Shown here: positions 37,918 to 47,617 of the stretch, piece by piece
Position numbering within the stretch: position 1 is the first letter of the stretch
How the letters are laid out: each line of letters opens with the position of its first letter
Assembly: GCA_965207885.1 (NCBI GenBank)
Contig: OZ242311.1
Span: 3,424,001-3,488,000 of the forward strand
Direction: 5' to 3'
DNA length: 64,000 bases
Source of the DNA: Candidatus Latescibacterota bacterium
GTDB taxonomy: Bacteria; Latescibacterota; UBA2968
Notes under the pieces: model-generated
Seen by the model: only the letters and a program-made list of their open reading frames with translations
Told to the model about the DNA's origin: nothing
The model's database searches: none
Position numbers and translations under genes: made by a program

Positions 37918-39174
37918 TCATCCAGACTCTTTCACCACAGCGTCAGACAGGAACTTCTCAAGGCCAGGTTCAGGAGGCCCCGACCATCCCCTAAAAAGAT
38001 AGGTACCGATCTCCGTGCCACCGCCGCGTTCTGTCTCCTTTCCATCCATTGCATAGCCAACGCAGCCATTCGTATATCCCAAGAACAACGCCTGCCTGGG
38101 GGCAACGGAATCCTCTATGACCCGGCCCAGAGCGTGGAGTGGCTCGGCGTCGAGGCCGATCAGGGCGAATTCCCGGTTCAACCAGAGGGTCTGAACGTGA
38201 AACTCCGCATGGGCTGTAACTTCCTCTCCTGCATTGAGATACTGCAGACATTTCTCTGCATAGGAACCTAATCTTCCATCCCGATCCCTCAGCAACTCGA
38301 TCTCCTCTCGCGTGGTATAAAGCCTCTGGCAAGGCGCCTCAACCCGATTGATCTTGCCCATAAGCGTCAGATTGTCGATCTGCTTGAAGTCCGCCTCCAG
38401 AAGGATCTTCAACATCTCCCTCAAAAGTTCCTGGCCCATGCCGGGAAGTTCGGCGTGCTTCATCGCCCGCCAGTGATTTTCTTCGGCTACATGTCGGGGC
38501 CGTATATCTCCGCCCGCTCCCTGCAGGAAAAACGGCGTCACATCCGGGCCAAACGCTCTTGAGAAGGCAGTTCTCCAGGCCCCGGGATACTCCGCTGTCA
38601 GCAGGTGCTGTGCCCCCGTGGCAACCGGATGGCACGCCACGGACATCCCGAGTGCAGCGATCTCCCCTGTTGGTTTCCTGAAGACCAGAAGCCGCATGCG
38701 ATCATCTACCGTACCCCCTGGATTGGGCGCATTCACGACCTGCCCATCCCGCTCCAGGCGACGATTCAACGGCAAACTCGTCTTGCCTTCGCCGTACCAC
38801 AACGTCCCTTCACTCGCATTCTCCGAAGCCTCCTGAGCCGCTTCGCGGACCTTTTCGTACAACCACTCCCTGTATCGCTCGTCCGACACCGTCGCGGCCC
38901 CGTGAGAATGGGAACAGTTCAGCATGATATGGTCTCTCGGACACCCGACGATCTCTCCGAGTTGGTCTATAAAGCTGGACAACTCATCGAGCCTCGGAAA
39001 TGTACCCAGATCCGCAGCACCCAACAACGCACGGCGTTTTCCCTCTTCCAGCACAATCGCTGTGAACGTCAACGGGTCGTTGACGTCTTCGTAGAGGTCC
39101 ACCCGCGCACCATACCCGTACATTCTTGTGCGAAACGGAGGAACGATATCCCTACAGGCAATTCCAAAACGCAT
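37918..39174 (-). CDS. Neutral/alkaline ceramidase-like hydrolase, paralog B
   Basis: NCSHSHG, NRR, ACHP, QGAGGD; clearly similar to the adjacent gene. Confidence 0.8.
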   Translation of the reverse strand: MRFGIACRDIVPPFRTRMYGYGARVDLYEDVNDPLTFTAIVLEEGKRRALLGAADLGTFPRLDELSSFIDQLGEIVGCPRDHIMLNCSHSHGAATVSDERYREWLYEKVREAAQEASENASEGTLWYGEGKTSLPLNRRLERDGQVVNAPNPGGTVDDRMRLLVFRKPTGEIAALGMSVACHPVATGAQHLLTAEYPGAWRTAFSRAFGPDVTPFFLQGAGGDIRPRHVAEENHWRAMKHAELPGMGQELLREMLKILLEADFKQIDNLTLMGKINRVEAPCQRLYTTREEIELLRDRDGRLGSYAEKCLQYLNAGEEVTAHAEFHVQTLWLNREFALIGLDAEPLHALGRVIEDSVAPRQALFLGYTNGCVGYAMDGKETERGGGTEIGTYLFRGWSGPPEPGLEKFLSDAVVKESG

Positions 39175-39270
39175 TGCAATCTCCTCCTGCAAAAAATCCT
39201 GCGAGCGACGTAAGAACGAATGGCAGAGACAACCCCGGTACGCTCTGACTTATCCGAGTAACTCCGCGCT

Positions 39271-40983
39271 TTATACACTGCCATAAATAACACTAATCGA
39301 CATAGCCGTTCTCCCGACCGGTACAGACACAAGCGCGAAGGCCTCACCATATCGGCGGACCGTCTGCCACCCGGAACTCTCCCCATCCAGCTTTATCTCT
39401 ACGAGAGATCCCTCCGAGTCTTTCACTGGAATCGCAAGACAAAGCGCATCGTGTGATCGTTCACCCTCAAGCGTAAATTGCAGCCTGCATCCCTGCCGGG
39501 CCATCCCGTTGAACCGCCACGTATCGCGCGCCTCCCAGAATGCCAGCCACTGATCAAAAGACCAGATTGGGAATCGCCTCTCATTAGCCTGGCGAAGCAA
39601 TTCCCGTCCTTGAGGCCGGGAGAACCTCACCCAGTTGCCGGGGTGGATGCACACGCCGAAGGGCGTGTGAAAGCGGGTCTCGATATCCGTGAAAATCCGA
39701 TCCAGCACAGCCACAAAGACCTGCGGCGACAGCCGGTAGGAATAGTCTGCTGTCCCGAACATAATATCGTCTGCAAGCTGCGTGTGTTGCTGAAAGACAT
39801 TGAGCACCCGACCATCCGGCCAGCAGAAACGCATCGGCATAGCGCCTCCAAACGCGGCATACGGCGCATCTTCTCGGCCATACCCATACGTCCCGGAAAA
39901 ATAATTCCCATCCATACCCACACCCAGTTTCTCCATAACCTCCACAGGTTCCAGATACCCGGCCCAGGCTGTGCAGTGATTGCGCAGAGATCGCGCGGGT
40001 GTATCGAACTGGTCTTGAAACATTCGGATCTGCCGCTCGAATTCTGTGAGACGTTCCGATATAGAGCATCCGTCCAGCGGCCGAAGATTCGGATGCGGTC
40101 CCACATCGTGCTGAACGCGGTACCTCTCCACGTCCGACACCGTAGATTTTGTCCGGTTCGGAATAATATAGAGATTCATGCGCCCGCCTGCCGCTGCCAC
40201 ACACTCGAATTCCGCATCATTGCTCGCCACGTCCGCATTATCTTCGTCACCGGAGTAAAGGAGGATGCCGGGTGCCATCCCCGGCAGATGCGACAGGATC
40301 GGCACTGGACCCGGCAGATAACGCCGCACTGTATCCACAAACAGCCTGGAAAGCAGGTCGGCAAAGGGAACCCAGCCGGAGTCTGAAGGCCCGATATTGA
40401 TCGCAAGACTGGATGGACGGGCGCACCCGGTGCCCTCGGGAATCACCTCGGCGAGGTTCGGATCACCCTGCCGCAGCAACAGGACGCAGAGAGCCAGATC
40501 AAACGCGAACCCCACGATTCTCCCTTGCCCAACCGTTGTTTCTGTAACCCCGACGCTTTCTCCCTCATAGCGGTCTGTATCTGTATATGAAAAATAGCCC
40601 AACACCTGAACCCCGGGCGCTGGGCTATAGTTATTTGCATGACCCACGATTGGAAATCGCTCTCCCGCCATGCCCGCAGCCGGGTACGCGGTAACGCGCA
40701 GCCGCAGTGGCACGTCCTTTTCCCCCTCATACACAAGCCCGGCTGCCTCGGCCAGAGGACCCTCGGGAAGAAAGCAGATCACTGTCCCACCCCGGCGCGC
40801 AAAATCGACCAGAGAACTACTACTTTGAGACGCAGGACAAACCACCACTGGCGCATCTTCGGGATCCAGCTCTGAAATCCGATCCGGTCCCACCATCTCG
40901 TACAGGACCAATCCCCACGTATTGAACATCTCTGCGAGGTAAGACGAAAGATCTGGTCCGTCAGATAAGATGCCGACACGCAT
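39271..40983 (-). CDS. Hypothetical protein with a polysaccharide deacetylase-like domain
   Basis: SGDED, GPHP, LRNH, CIHP motifs. Confidence 0.55.
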   Translation of the reverse strand: MRVGILSDGPDLSSYLAEMFNTWGLVLYEMVGPDRISELDPEDAPVVVCPASQSSSSLVDFARRGGTVICFLPEGPLAEAAGLVYEGEKDVPLRLRVTAYPAAGMAGERFPIVGHANNYSPAPGVQVLGYFSYTDTDRYEGESVGVTETTVGQGRIVGFAFDLALCVLLLRQGDPNLAEVIPEGTGCARPSSLAINIGPSDSGWVPFADLLSRLFVDTVRRYLPGPVPILSHLPGMAPGILLYSGDEDNADVASNDAEFECVAAAGGRMNLYIIPNRTKSTVSDVERYRVQHDVGPHPNLRPLDGCSISERLTEFERQIRMFQDQFDTPARSLRNHCTAWAGYLEPVEVMEKLGVGMDGNYFSGTYGYGREDAPYAAFGGAMPMRFCWPDGRVLNVFQQHTQLADDIMFGTADYSYRLSPQVFVAVLDRIFTDIETRFHTPFGVCIHPGNWVRFSRPQGRELLRQANERRFPIWSFDQWLAFWEARDTWRFNGMARQGCRLQFTLEGERSHDALCLAIPVKDSEGSLVEIKLDGESSGWQTVRRYGEAFALVSVPVGRTAMSISVIYGSV

Positions 40984-40985
40984 GC

Positions 40986-42161
40986 TCAGACTCCTTCTGG
41001 CATCTGCCCGGGAGCCCGCGACCCGTTCGGACGAAAATCGGGAACTTTCATCAGTTCAGTTCCCCGGGCAATGGACTCCGCAGCCAGAACTGCAGGTGCC
41101 GCCGTCTCCATCGCCCTGTACACATCGAATTCCAGAGGTTTATTTCCAACCACGGCATTCCAAAAAGCAGTGTGGACGTAATAGTCTGCATCCCCGTGAC
41201 CGCTGCCGTGCGCCTCTGCAGGCGCGTCAGTGCGCTCGAACTTCCAGTCCACTTCAGCCAGATCGTGCATCTGGGAATCCGCCAGCCATATCAGGGGGCG
41301 CCCCTTTTCTGACCGCTTCCACTCCACGCATCCCCTCGTCCCAATGATCTGGTACCAGTGATGTCCTCTGCGGCTCGGGATCTTCTGAGTAAACCCGGTC
41401 GCCATCCGCAACAGCCTGTCTTTCTCCGTCTTCATCAAGGCGACCTGAATATCTGGTTGATCAATCTCTGGATGCGAATAGCTGGGCGACGCGGTACTCA
41501 TCGCCGTCACCTCAATGACACGGTCGTCCAGAACCTTCAGCATCGGACTCAACTCGTGCGGAAGATAGTGAATCGGCGGCATCACATGCAGCCACGTAGG
41601 CTCTGCCTCTGGGTACGCCGAAAGCTCTTCCACGCTGCACTGCTCGCCTGTCTTATAGTCCTGAAAAAACTGACGCGTGCCGTAATAGCCGATATACTGC
41701 CCCTCGCAATAAGTCACCCGCCCCAACCGTCCCTCAGCCACCAGGTCTCGCCAGGCATCGACAAATCCCCAGTAGCGCGTCTGTTCCGCAAGCTGATAGA
41801 CCCGTCCCGTGTGTTCCGCCGCCGTCACAATCCGCCAGCAATCCTCCATTGTATGCGCGGCGGGAACCTCCATATTCACATGCTTGCCAGCCTCCAGAGC
41901 CTGCGCCGCCATCGCCCCCTGATCCTTCCGACGAACGACCAGACCGACTGCGTCCATATCCTCATAGGCCAGAAAATCCTCGTAATCGCTGAAAACCCTG
42001 ACATCGTTTCGGTACTCGATCAGAGACAGCGCCCGATCGTGCAGCGGTTCAATCCAGTCGTAGAGTGCGGTAATGCGGTAGCCCGGTATCTTTAGCAAGG
42101 TATTGATCCAGTGCCGGGAACGATGGCCCAATCCGGCAATGCCGATGCGTATTTCATCCAT
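40986..42161 (-). CDS. Gfo/Idh/MocA oxidoreductase
   Basis: IGIAGLG, GKHVNMEVP, GHGDAD. Confidence 0.9.
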   Translation of the reverse strand: MDEIRIGIAGLGHRSRHWINTLLKIPGYRITALYDWIEPLHDRALSLIEYRNDVRVFSDYEDFLAYEDMDAVGLVVRRKDQGAMAAQALEAGKHVNMEVPAAHTMEDCWRIVTAAEHTGRVYQLAEQTRYWGFVDAWRDLVAEGRLGRVTYCEGQYIGYYGTRQFFQDYKTGEQCSVEELSAYPEAEPTWLHVMPPIHYLPHELSPMLKVLDDRVIEVTAMSTASPSYSHPEIDQPDIQVALMKTEKDRLLRMATGFTQKIPSRRGHHWYQIIGTRGCVEWKRSEKGRPLIWLADSQMHDLAEVDWKFERTDAPAEAHGSGHGDADYYVHTAFWNAVVGNKPLEFDVYRAMETAAPAVLAAESIARGTELMKVPDFRPNGSRAPGQMPEGV

Positions 42162-42195
42162 CTCTCACCCTCTTCTTTTCAGAGACCCGCGAGGC

Positions 42196-44493
42196 TCAAC
42201 ACAACGTTGCCACCACAACACCGTTTTGATCTCTTTTCTCCGCGTGCAATGTCTCACCTACCCAAACCTTCAATTCGCCATTGGGCAACGGCACCATCAG
42301 CGTTTCATCGTCCATCAGAACCGGACCACCTTCTGGCACATCCCCCGCTCTGTGCGGTCGCAATACCGCAATAAATGTGGCATCTTTACGCGGTATCGTT
42401 GTCTCTGCCGTTACGTGATACTCTCTGAGTTGAACGCGCTCCCTCGGCGGTGGATCAAACTGATCTGTCTGACTGATTTTCAAATTTCCAGGACACAGCA
42501 GAGACACCACACAACCCGCATCACCAGTCGTAATTTTTAGCGTCTGTCCCTCGACATCCATTTCCGTTTCAGCATGCAAATAATACTGAAATGTCGAAGC
42601 CTCTTGTGCCACTACCGTATCGCAAATCACCACCGCATCGGGTTTGGCAAACAAAATCTGCCGCGTAAATTTCTTCAGCTTTCCCCCATAAGCCGGGGCG
42701 GCTTCGCCAGCCACATAATCAAATACATCCGACGTTTGAAAATCCAGAATTTCACCCATTGCAGCAGCCTGGTTACGCAACTGACTCCTGCCGTTTACCC
42801 CAATGCAATTGGTTGATTTTGTATGGTGCATCCAGTTCTTGTGGTGGTCGCTGCCGTGAATATCGCGCTGTCCCGTGTGAATCAACAAACGCTCGCCAAA
42901 AGCAAATAGCGAAAACGAATTTTGCGCGTCAAAACCGTGACTCTGCGACCCCAATGGACTGCTTTTAAAAATGACCGACACATTGTTTTTTCCATCCGTC
43001 AAATCCGAATTCATCGCCACCAACCCCGTGCCGCGAAAACATTTTGAAGAAGGCAAATCCACCGGTGCTTTTGCAGACACTTCTGGCAACGCACCCCGCA
43101 CAAAATCGATATAGAGCGACCGCCCGGCACCCACGGCATCCAACCGGCGCGCGCTCGTCTCCTCTTTCACTTTCTCCGGGTGCATATCCACATACCACTT
43201 CCAGTATGGATTGCGCGCCTGAGCCGCCAGCGTGCGCATCAAATCGCAATTCTGATCCGATGTTCTCGTCGTCGTCAAATCGCCCACGCCACCACCCCGC
43301 GTACCCGGAGGCTGAAAATACATCGGATAATCGCCAGCGCGTGCAAAATACGGCTTGCAATACGCATCAATCCCCATTGCCGCCTGCATAATATCCGCCC
43401 ACCACGTAAAGCGCTGAACATAACTCTCCCAGTATTGCAATCCCTGGTGCCAGCCGCCATCTTCATCGCACCACGCGGGATACACCGCACCAAACACATT
43501 CATAGCGAACCACACCCACTCCTCCGCTTCGGGAATCTCATCCAAAAACGCCACGCCAATCTCTCCTAAAAAATGCCAGGCTCGACCGGCATGACTCCCA
43601 TAAGGATGCCATAAATAGCGCATCTCAGTCGCCAGATGGTCGTACATTTCCTGCCCCTGCACCTTCATCACCGCCCGGCATATATCGCGCTCTTCTTCGC
43701 TCAACAAATCGTTCACAAACGTATAAGTGCGGCAAAAATAGTAATTATAAGGCATACCCGCTTCGTCATTATACCGATAGCCTGTCGCCCCCAGGGGATC
43801 CCATTTGGCACACGCCAGCAGCAACTCTTTCGCCTTCTCACCGTAGTGATCCTGCCCACCCAAAAGCCGCGTAAAAGCCAGCGTCGCCGCGCTGTTTAAC
43901 ACGCGAATCGTGTACATCCGATTTCCCCACCAGATCTCCCGCCATTCCTCGCTCAGAACAACAGTCCCTTCGGGATACAGGGGCGGTTCTTTGGTAGATG
44001 GCATATCGGCCAGGATATCTTCGCATGTTGCGACCAGATCGTCGTAAATCGGTTTCAGGTCTCCCCGTGCCCGTGTGCGCAAGCTATCCAAATCCTCTGG
44101 ACGCACAAACAAGCGCGGATGGCTCTTTGGGATGCGCCCAATCAATTCACTGCATTTGGGCAAGGGCAATGCTTTTGCATTCTGGTCAATCACAAAAGCG
44201 CGCCCCGAACTCCAATCCGACACCTTTCCTCCCCTATCGACAAATCGGAACCGCCAGTACCACTGCCCCGACTCAAACACCTCCGCTGGGCGGTGAACCG
44301 TATATGTCACGCCCTTAGCCTCGTATGCGACCTTTGAAAAATCCGCGCCCCGCGCACACTGAATATCATAGCTCGCAGCATTCTCCTGCGGGCGCCACAC
44401 AAATGCCGGTGGCGTCTCCTCTGTCGTCACATTTTCTGGTCTAAATCCCCATTCTCCCGGCTGTGCGGGCCTTTCGTCAATTATCAATGCCAT
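42196..44493 (-). CDS. Heparinase II/III family polysaccharide lyase with DUF4962-like N-terminus
   Basis: PPAFVW, HPRLF, DGGWHQGLQYW, FKSSPLGSQSH, STN. Start moved to ATG 44493. Confidence 0.85.
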   Translation of the reverse strand: MALIIDERPAQPGEWGFRPENVTTEETPPAFVWRPQENAASYDIQCARGADFSKVAYEAKGVTYTVHRPAEVFESGQWYWRFRFVDRGGKVSDWSSGRAFVIDQNAKALPLPKCSELIGRIPKSHPRLFVRPEDLDSLRTRARGDLKPIYDDLVATCEDILADMPSTKEPPLYPEGTVVLSEEWREIWWGNRMYTIRVLNSAATLAFTRLLGGQDHYGEKAKELLLACAKWDPLGATGYRYNDEAGMPYNYYFCRTYTFVNDLLSEEERDICRAVMKVQGQEMYDHLATEMRYLWHPYGSHAGRAWHFLGEIGVAFLDEIPEAEEWVWFAMNVFGAVYPAWCDEDGGWHQGLQYWESYVQRFTWWADIMQAAMGIDAYCKPYFARAGDYPMYFQPPGTRGGGVGDLTTTRTSDQNCDLMRTLAAQARNPYWKWYVDMHPEKVKEETSARRLDAVGAGRSLYIDFVRGALPEVSAKAPVDLPSSKCFRGTGLVAMNSDLTDGKNNVSVIFKSSPLGSQSHGFDAQNSFSLFAFGERLLIHTGQRDIHGSDHHKNWMHHTKSTNCIGVNGRSQLRNQAAAMGEILDFQTSDVFDYVAGEAAPAYGGKLKKFTRQILFAKPDAVVICDTVVAQEASTFQYYLHAETEMDVEGQTLKITTGDAGCVVSLLCPGNLKISQTDQFDPPPRERVQLREYHVTAETTIPRKDATFIAVLRPHRAGDVPEGGPVLMDDETLMVPLPNGELKVWVGETLHAEKRDQNGVVVATLC

Positions 44494-44503
44494 TTTTTCT
44501 CCT

Positions 44504-45835
44504 TTATCGGACGATCCGGCGGAAGGGTTCCGAGTGCAGATCGCAAATGAGCAGATCGTCGATAGAATCATTTTCAAGCCCCTGCTTTACGACGCGCAAA
44601 GAGGCTTCAACCGCATCAGCAGTAATACGCACATCCTCTTCGGTATGTGCAAGCGTAGGACCAAAGCCCATGTAACAATGCACACCCCGGCGAGCCATCT
44701 CCTGAATAAAAAGCGTCTGAACCTTGCCGCGCAATGCCTCATCGGGCAAATCAAGCACCAGATTAGGCGTTGCGGGAAACCCCTTGCACGATCCCGAAAG
44801 ACCAGCAGATGAGACCGCTTCGTCAATTGCCCCGGCTACTTTTTGGCCCATTTCGGCCAGATGTGTCTCGCTATCTCGCCTTTTGAGTTCTCGGATGGTG
44901 GTCAGCGACGCAACAGGACCGATATTATCGCTCCAATACGAACTGGAAATAAACATCGCTTTGGCGGGTTCCATCGCCTCTCGAGATCCAACAACAGCCC
45001 CCATCGGATAACCATTGGACATGCCTTTGGCAATCACCGTGATATCTGGCGTAACACCCAAATATTTCTGCATACCGCCAATAGACTCGCGCCAACCGCA
45101 GGAGACTTCGTCGAAGATGAGCAAAGCGCCGTGCCTGCGGGCAAGCTCTTTGACCCCTTCGAGATACCCCTCTTCGGGCCACTCAGACCGAGCTGGCTCC
45201 ATCATAACAGCGGCAACCTCGCCCTGATATTCGTTCAACAAACGCCCGAGCATATCGAGATCGCCATAGGTAAATGGAACCGCCGTTCCCGCCAGCGCAC
45301 GCGGTACGCCAATCGGCTCAATACCGGCAAAGGGATATTCTCCACTCTCGGGATCGACGAGATAATTTGCCGATTGATACCAATCGTGCCACCCGTGATA
45401 ACCGCAAAAAAGAATGACATCTCGATTGGTCGTACCCCGAGCAATGCGCGCAGCCACCGCACAGGCTTCCCCTCCCCCCTTTGTATAGCGCACCATTTCA
45501 GCACTCGGTATGGTATTGATCAACTCATCTGCCAGCTCAATTTCGAGCGCACTATTCATGGAATGCAGGCTACCCAGATCTATCTGTTGTTTTACAGCAC
45601 CATCGACAACGGGATCTGCATAGCCCAAAATAATAGCTCCCAAAGCGCGAATCCAATCGATATACTCGTTGCCGTCAACATCGACAAATCGCGCGCCTTT
45701 TGATCGCGCGACATAGAGAGGACTAACCCCATTTGCAACCCGGTCAGCCCTTCGGCTGATGAGCTGTGTCCAACCGGGAATGCGTTCTCCCGCTTTCTTA
45801 TACAGTTCTAACGATTTTGTGACATCATGTGACAT
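44504..45835 (-). CDS. Class III PLP aminotransferase (GSA-aminomutase-like)
   Basis: DVDGNEYID, GYHGWHDW, LIFDEV, IAKGMSNGYP. Confidence 0.9.
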   Translation of the reverse strand: MSHDVTKSLELYKKAGERIPGWTQLISRRADRVANGVSPLYVARSKGARFVDVDGNEYIDWIRALGAIILGYADPVVDGAVKQQIDLGSLHSMNSALEIELADELINTIPSAEMVRYTKGGGEACAVAARIARGTTNRDVILFCGYHGWHDWYQSANYLVDPESGEYPFAGIEPIGVPRALAGTAVPFTYGDLDMLGRLLNEYQGEVAAVMMEPARSEWPEEGYLEGVKELARRHGALLIFDEVSCGWRESIGGMQKYLGVTPDITVIAKGMSNGYPMGAVVGSREAMEPAKAMFISSSYWSDNIGPVASLTTIRELKRRDSETHLAEMGQKVAGAIDEAVSSAGLSGSCKGFPATPNLVLDLPDEALRGKVQTLFIQEMARRGVHCYMGFGPTLAHTEEDVRITADAVEASLRVVKQGLENDSIDDLLICDLHSEPFRRIVR

Positions 45836-45838
45836 AGC

Positions 45839-46846
45839 CTATTCCCGCCAATTAAAAATGACACCCAGCATAGATTTTTCACGCGCGTAGGCCATTTCAT
45901 AAGCCTGGACCATTTCCGTATAATGCAAACGGTGCGTAATAAGACGGCTGGGCTGAAGTTTTTTTTCTGCCATAAGAGAAAGAACGTGATCGCAATGACC
46001 CAAATGACCCGATGCATCGGCCTGCGGATATAATTGGGCATCTGCTCCATGCACGGCAATCAGAGATATCCCCTTGGCGTAAAACCATTCCATTGCCAGA
46101 GGGTTAAAGTCAAGCGGTGGTTCGCCCCGCCCCAGAAGACTGACGATAGAGACCCGGCCATTTTGCCGCACAATTTCAACAGATGTTTTGAAAGCCGGCC
46201 AGGGATTCGCCGTAAGAATAACCAGATCAATGCCTCTTCCATTTGTAAAAACGTCGAGTTTCTCTTCGAGGTCTGGATCATCTGATAAATAAGCCGCATG
46301 AGCACCCATTTGTTTTGCCATATCCAACCTGATGGAACTATTTCCAAGCCCAACCACGCGAGCACCAAAAAGAGGACCTAAAGCGACTGCCCCCAGGCCG
46401 AGAACACCCAGACCAACAACGGCGACATTTTCGCCGGGTCTAAATAATGCTTTGTGATAACAATGTGCGCTGAGCGCATAGAGGTGTGCATACACAGCAT
46501 CTTCATCATCGGCATCAGGGGGTATTTTGAAGATGTCACCAAACTGGCTTATGATGTATTCAGATTGGTGAGGCTGAGTCGCCACAACGCGATCGCCAAC
46601 CTCAAAACGCGTGACCCCGGCACCAATACCGCGAACAATACCCAGATTGCTATCGCCAACGAATCGCGGATAGTCCGGCGCACCTGGTACGCGATCTGCG
46701 CCTTCAAAATTGCCCCGATCTGTCCCAATTTTAAACGCACTGATCTGCGTTTCAACCCAGACATCATCAGCACCAAGCGCGCTCGTATCAAGCGGGTGCT
46801 CTTCAATGCGAAGGTCTCGTGGACCGTGGAGTATGGCTTTTTTCAT
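45839..46846 (-). CDS. MDR-family dehydrogenase lacking the usual Zn cysteines
   Basis: VVGLGVLG, GDRV; KIGTD where CxxD would be. Confidence 0.85.
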   Translation of the reverse strand: MKKAILHGPRDLRIEEHPLDTSALGADDVWVETQISAFKIGTDRGNFEGADRVPGAPDYPRFVGDSNLGIVRGIGAGVTRFEVGDRVVATQPHQSEYIISQFGDIFKIPPDADDEDAVYAHLYALSAHCYHKALFRPGENVAVVGLGVLGLGAVALGPLFGARVVGLGNSSIRLDMAKQMGAHAAYLSDDPDLEEKLDVFTNGRGIDLVILTANPWPAFKTSVEIVRQNGRVSIVSLLGRGEPPLDFNPLAMEWFYAKGISLIAVHGADAQLYPQADASGHLGHCDHVLSLMAEKKLQPSRLITHRLHYTEMVQAYEMAYAREKSMLGVIFNWRE

Positions 46847-46873
46847 AAGTTTTCACCTTTTTCGATAGTTGTA

Positions 46874-47605
46874 TCATTCAGGCGCATCTCCATATACATT
46901 AAACCCCATCCGATCCTCACCGCGCACCAGATGAAGGTGATACCTTTTGTAACACCGCACAATAGGAATAGTAATGCGTATCGCCAATCCCAGGCGTCGG
47001 CAATCAGACGTATTGGCCGCTGAGTAGTGGAGCATGCGCTCGGTAAAGAGAAAGAATTGTCCGGCTTTCATTTTCATCTTCACAACGCGATCCGGGTCAA
47101 CGTCAATGTGATCGGGGTCGCCCTGTTGGCGAAAAGCCTGTTCGGGTGTTGCTTTAATGTGCGGAATCATTCTTCGGTGCGACCCCGGCATGAGTTGAAC
47201 GCAACTGTTGATGACATCTGTATCGTCAATGGCTAACCAGGCAGAAACATTGATACCCGGTTCTATTTCGGTGGACCAGAAATTCATATCCTGATGCCAG
47301 GGAATTTCTTTGGCACCGGGGGGTTTGTTAAAAAAGTTGGATTGCCAGAGCACGATATCCGGACCGAGGATGCCTTCTACCCGATCCATAATGGTCGGAT
47401 GTGTACACAGATCGTAGATCGTTCGACTATCGAGATGCCGCGATTTTTTCCGATTGACGTGAAACGGGCCTTCGGCTTCAAAAATTTCATGCTCAACAAC
47501 AGGTCGAATACGATCCATTTCTTCTGGCGAATGCATCGTATATGGCCCGAGATACCCCTCGTCGTGAAAGAACCGCACATCTTCTGGTGTTAATCGATAG
47601 GACAT
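46874..47605 (-). CDS. PhyH family Fe/2OG dioxygenase
   Basis: PWHQD, WLAID...PGSH, LHYSAAN...R. Confidence 0.92.
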   Translation of the reverse strand: MSYRLTPEDVRFFHDEGYLGPYTMHSPEEMDRIRPVVEHEIFEAEGPFHVNRKKSRHLDSRTIYDLCTHPTIMDRVEGILGPDIVLWQSNFFNKPPGAKEIPWHQDMNFWSTEIEPGINVSAWLAIDDTDVINSCVQLMPGSHRRMIPHIKATPEQAFRQQGDPDHIDVDPDRVVKMKMKAGQFFLFTERMLHYSAANTSDCRRLGLAIRITIPIVRCYKRYHLHLVRGEDRMGFNVYGDAPE

Positions 47606-47617
47606 TTTTTCTCTCCC

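Noticed and set aside
42196-44577. ORF-track start at 44577 and similarly extended starts (e.g. 20056, 39192, 60572)
   Set aside because: They overlap neighbouring genes or lack an RBS; downstream ATGs with a better RBS were used instead.
44504-45835. Calling this gene hemL
   Set aside because: Only generic class III aminotransferase motifs are present and there is no heme-pathway context.
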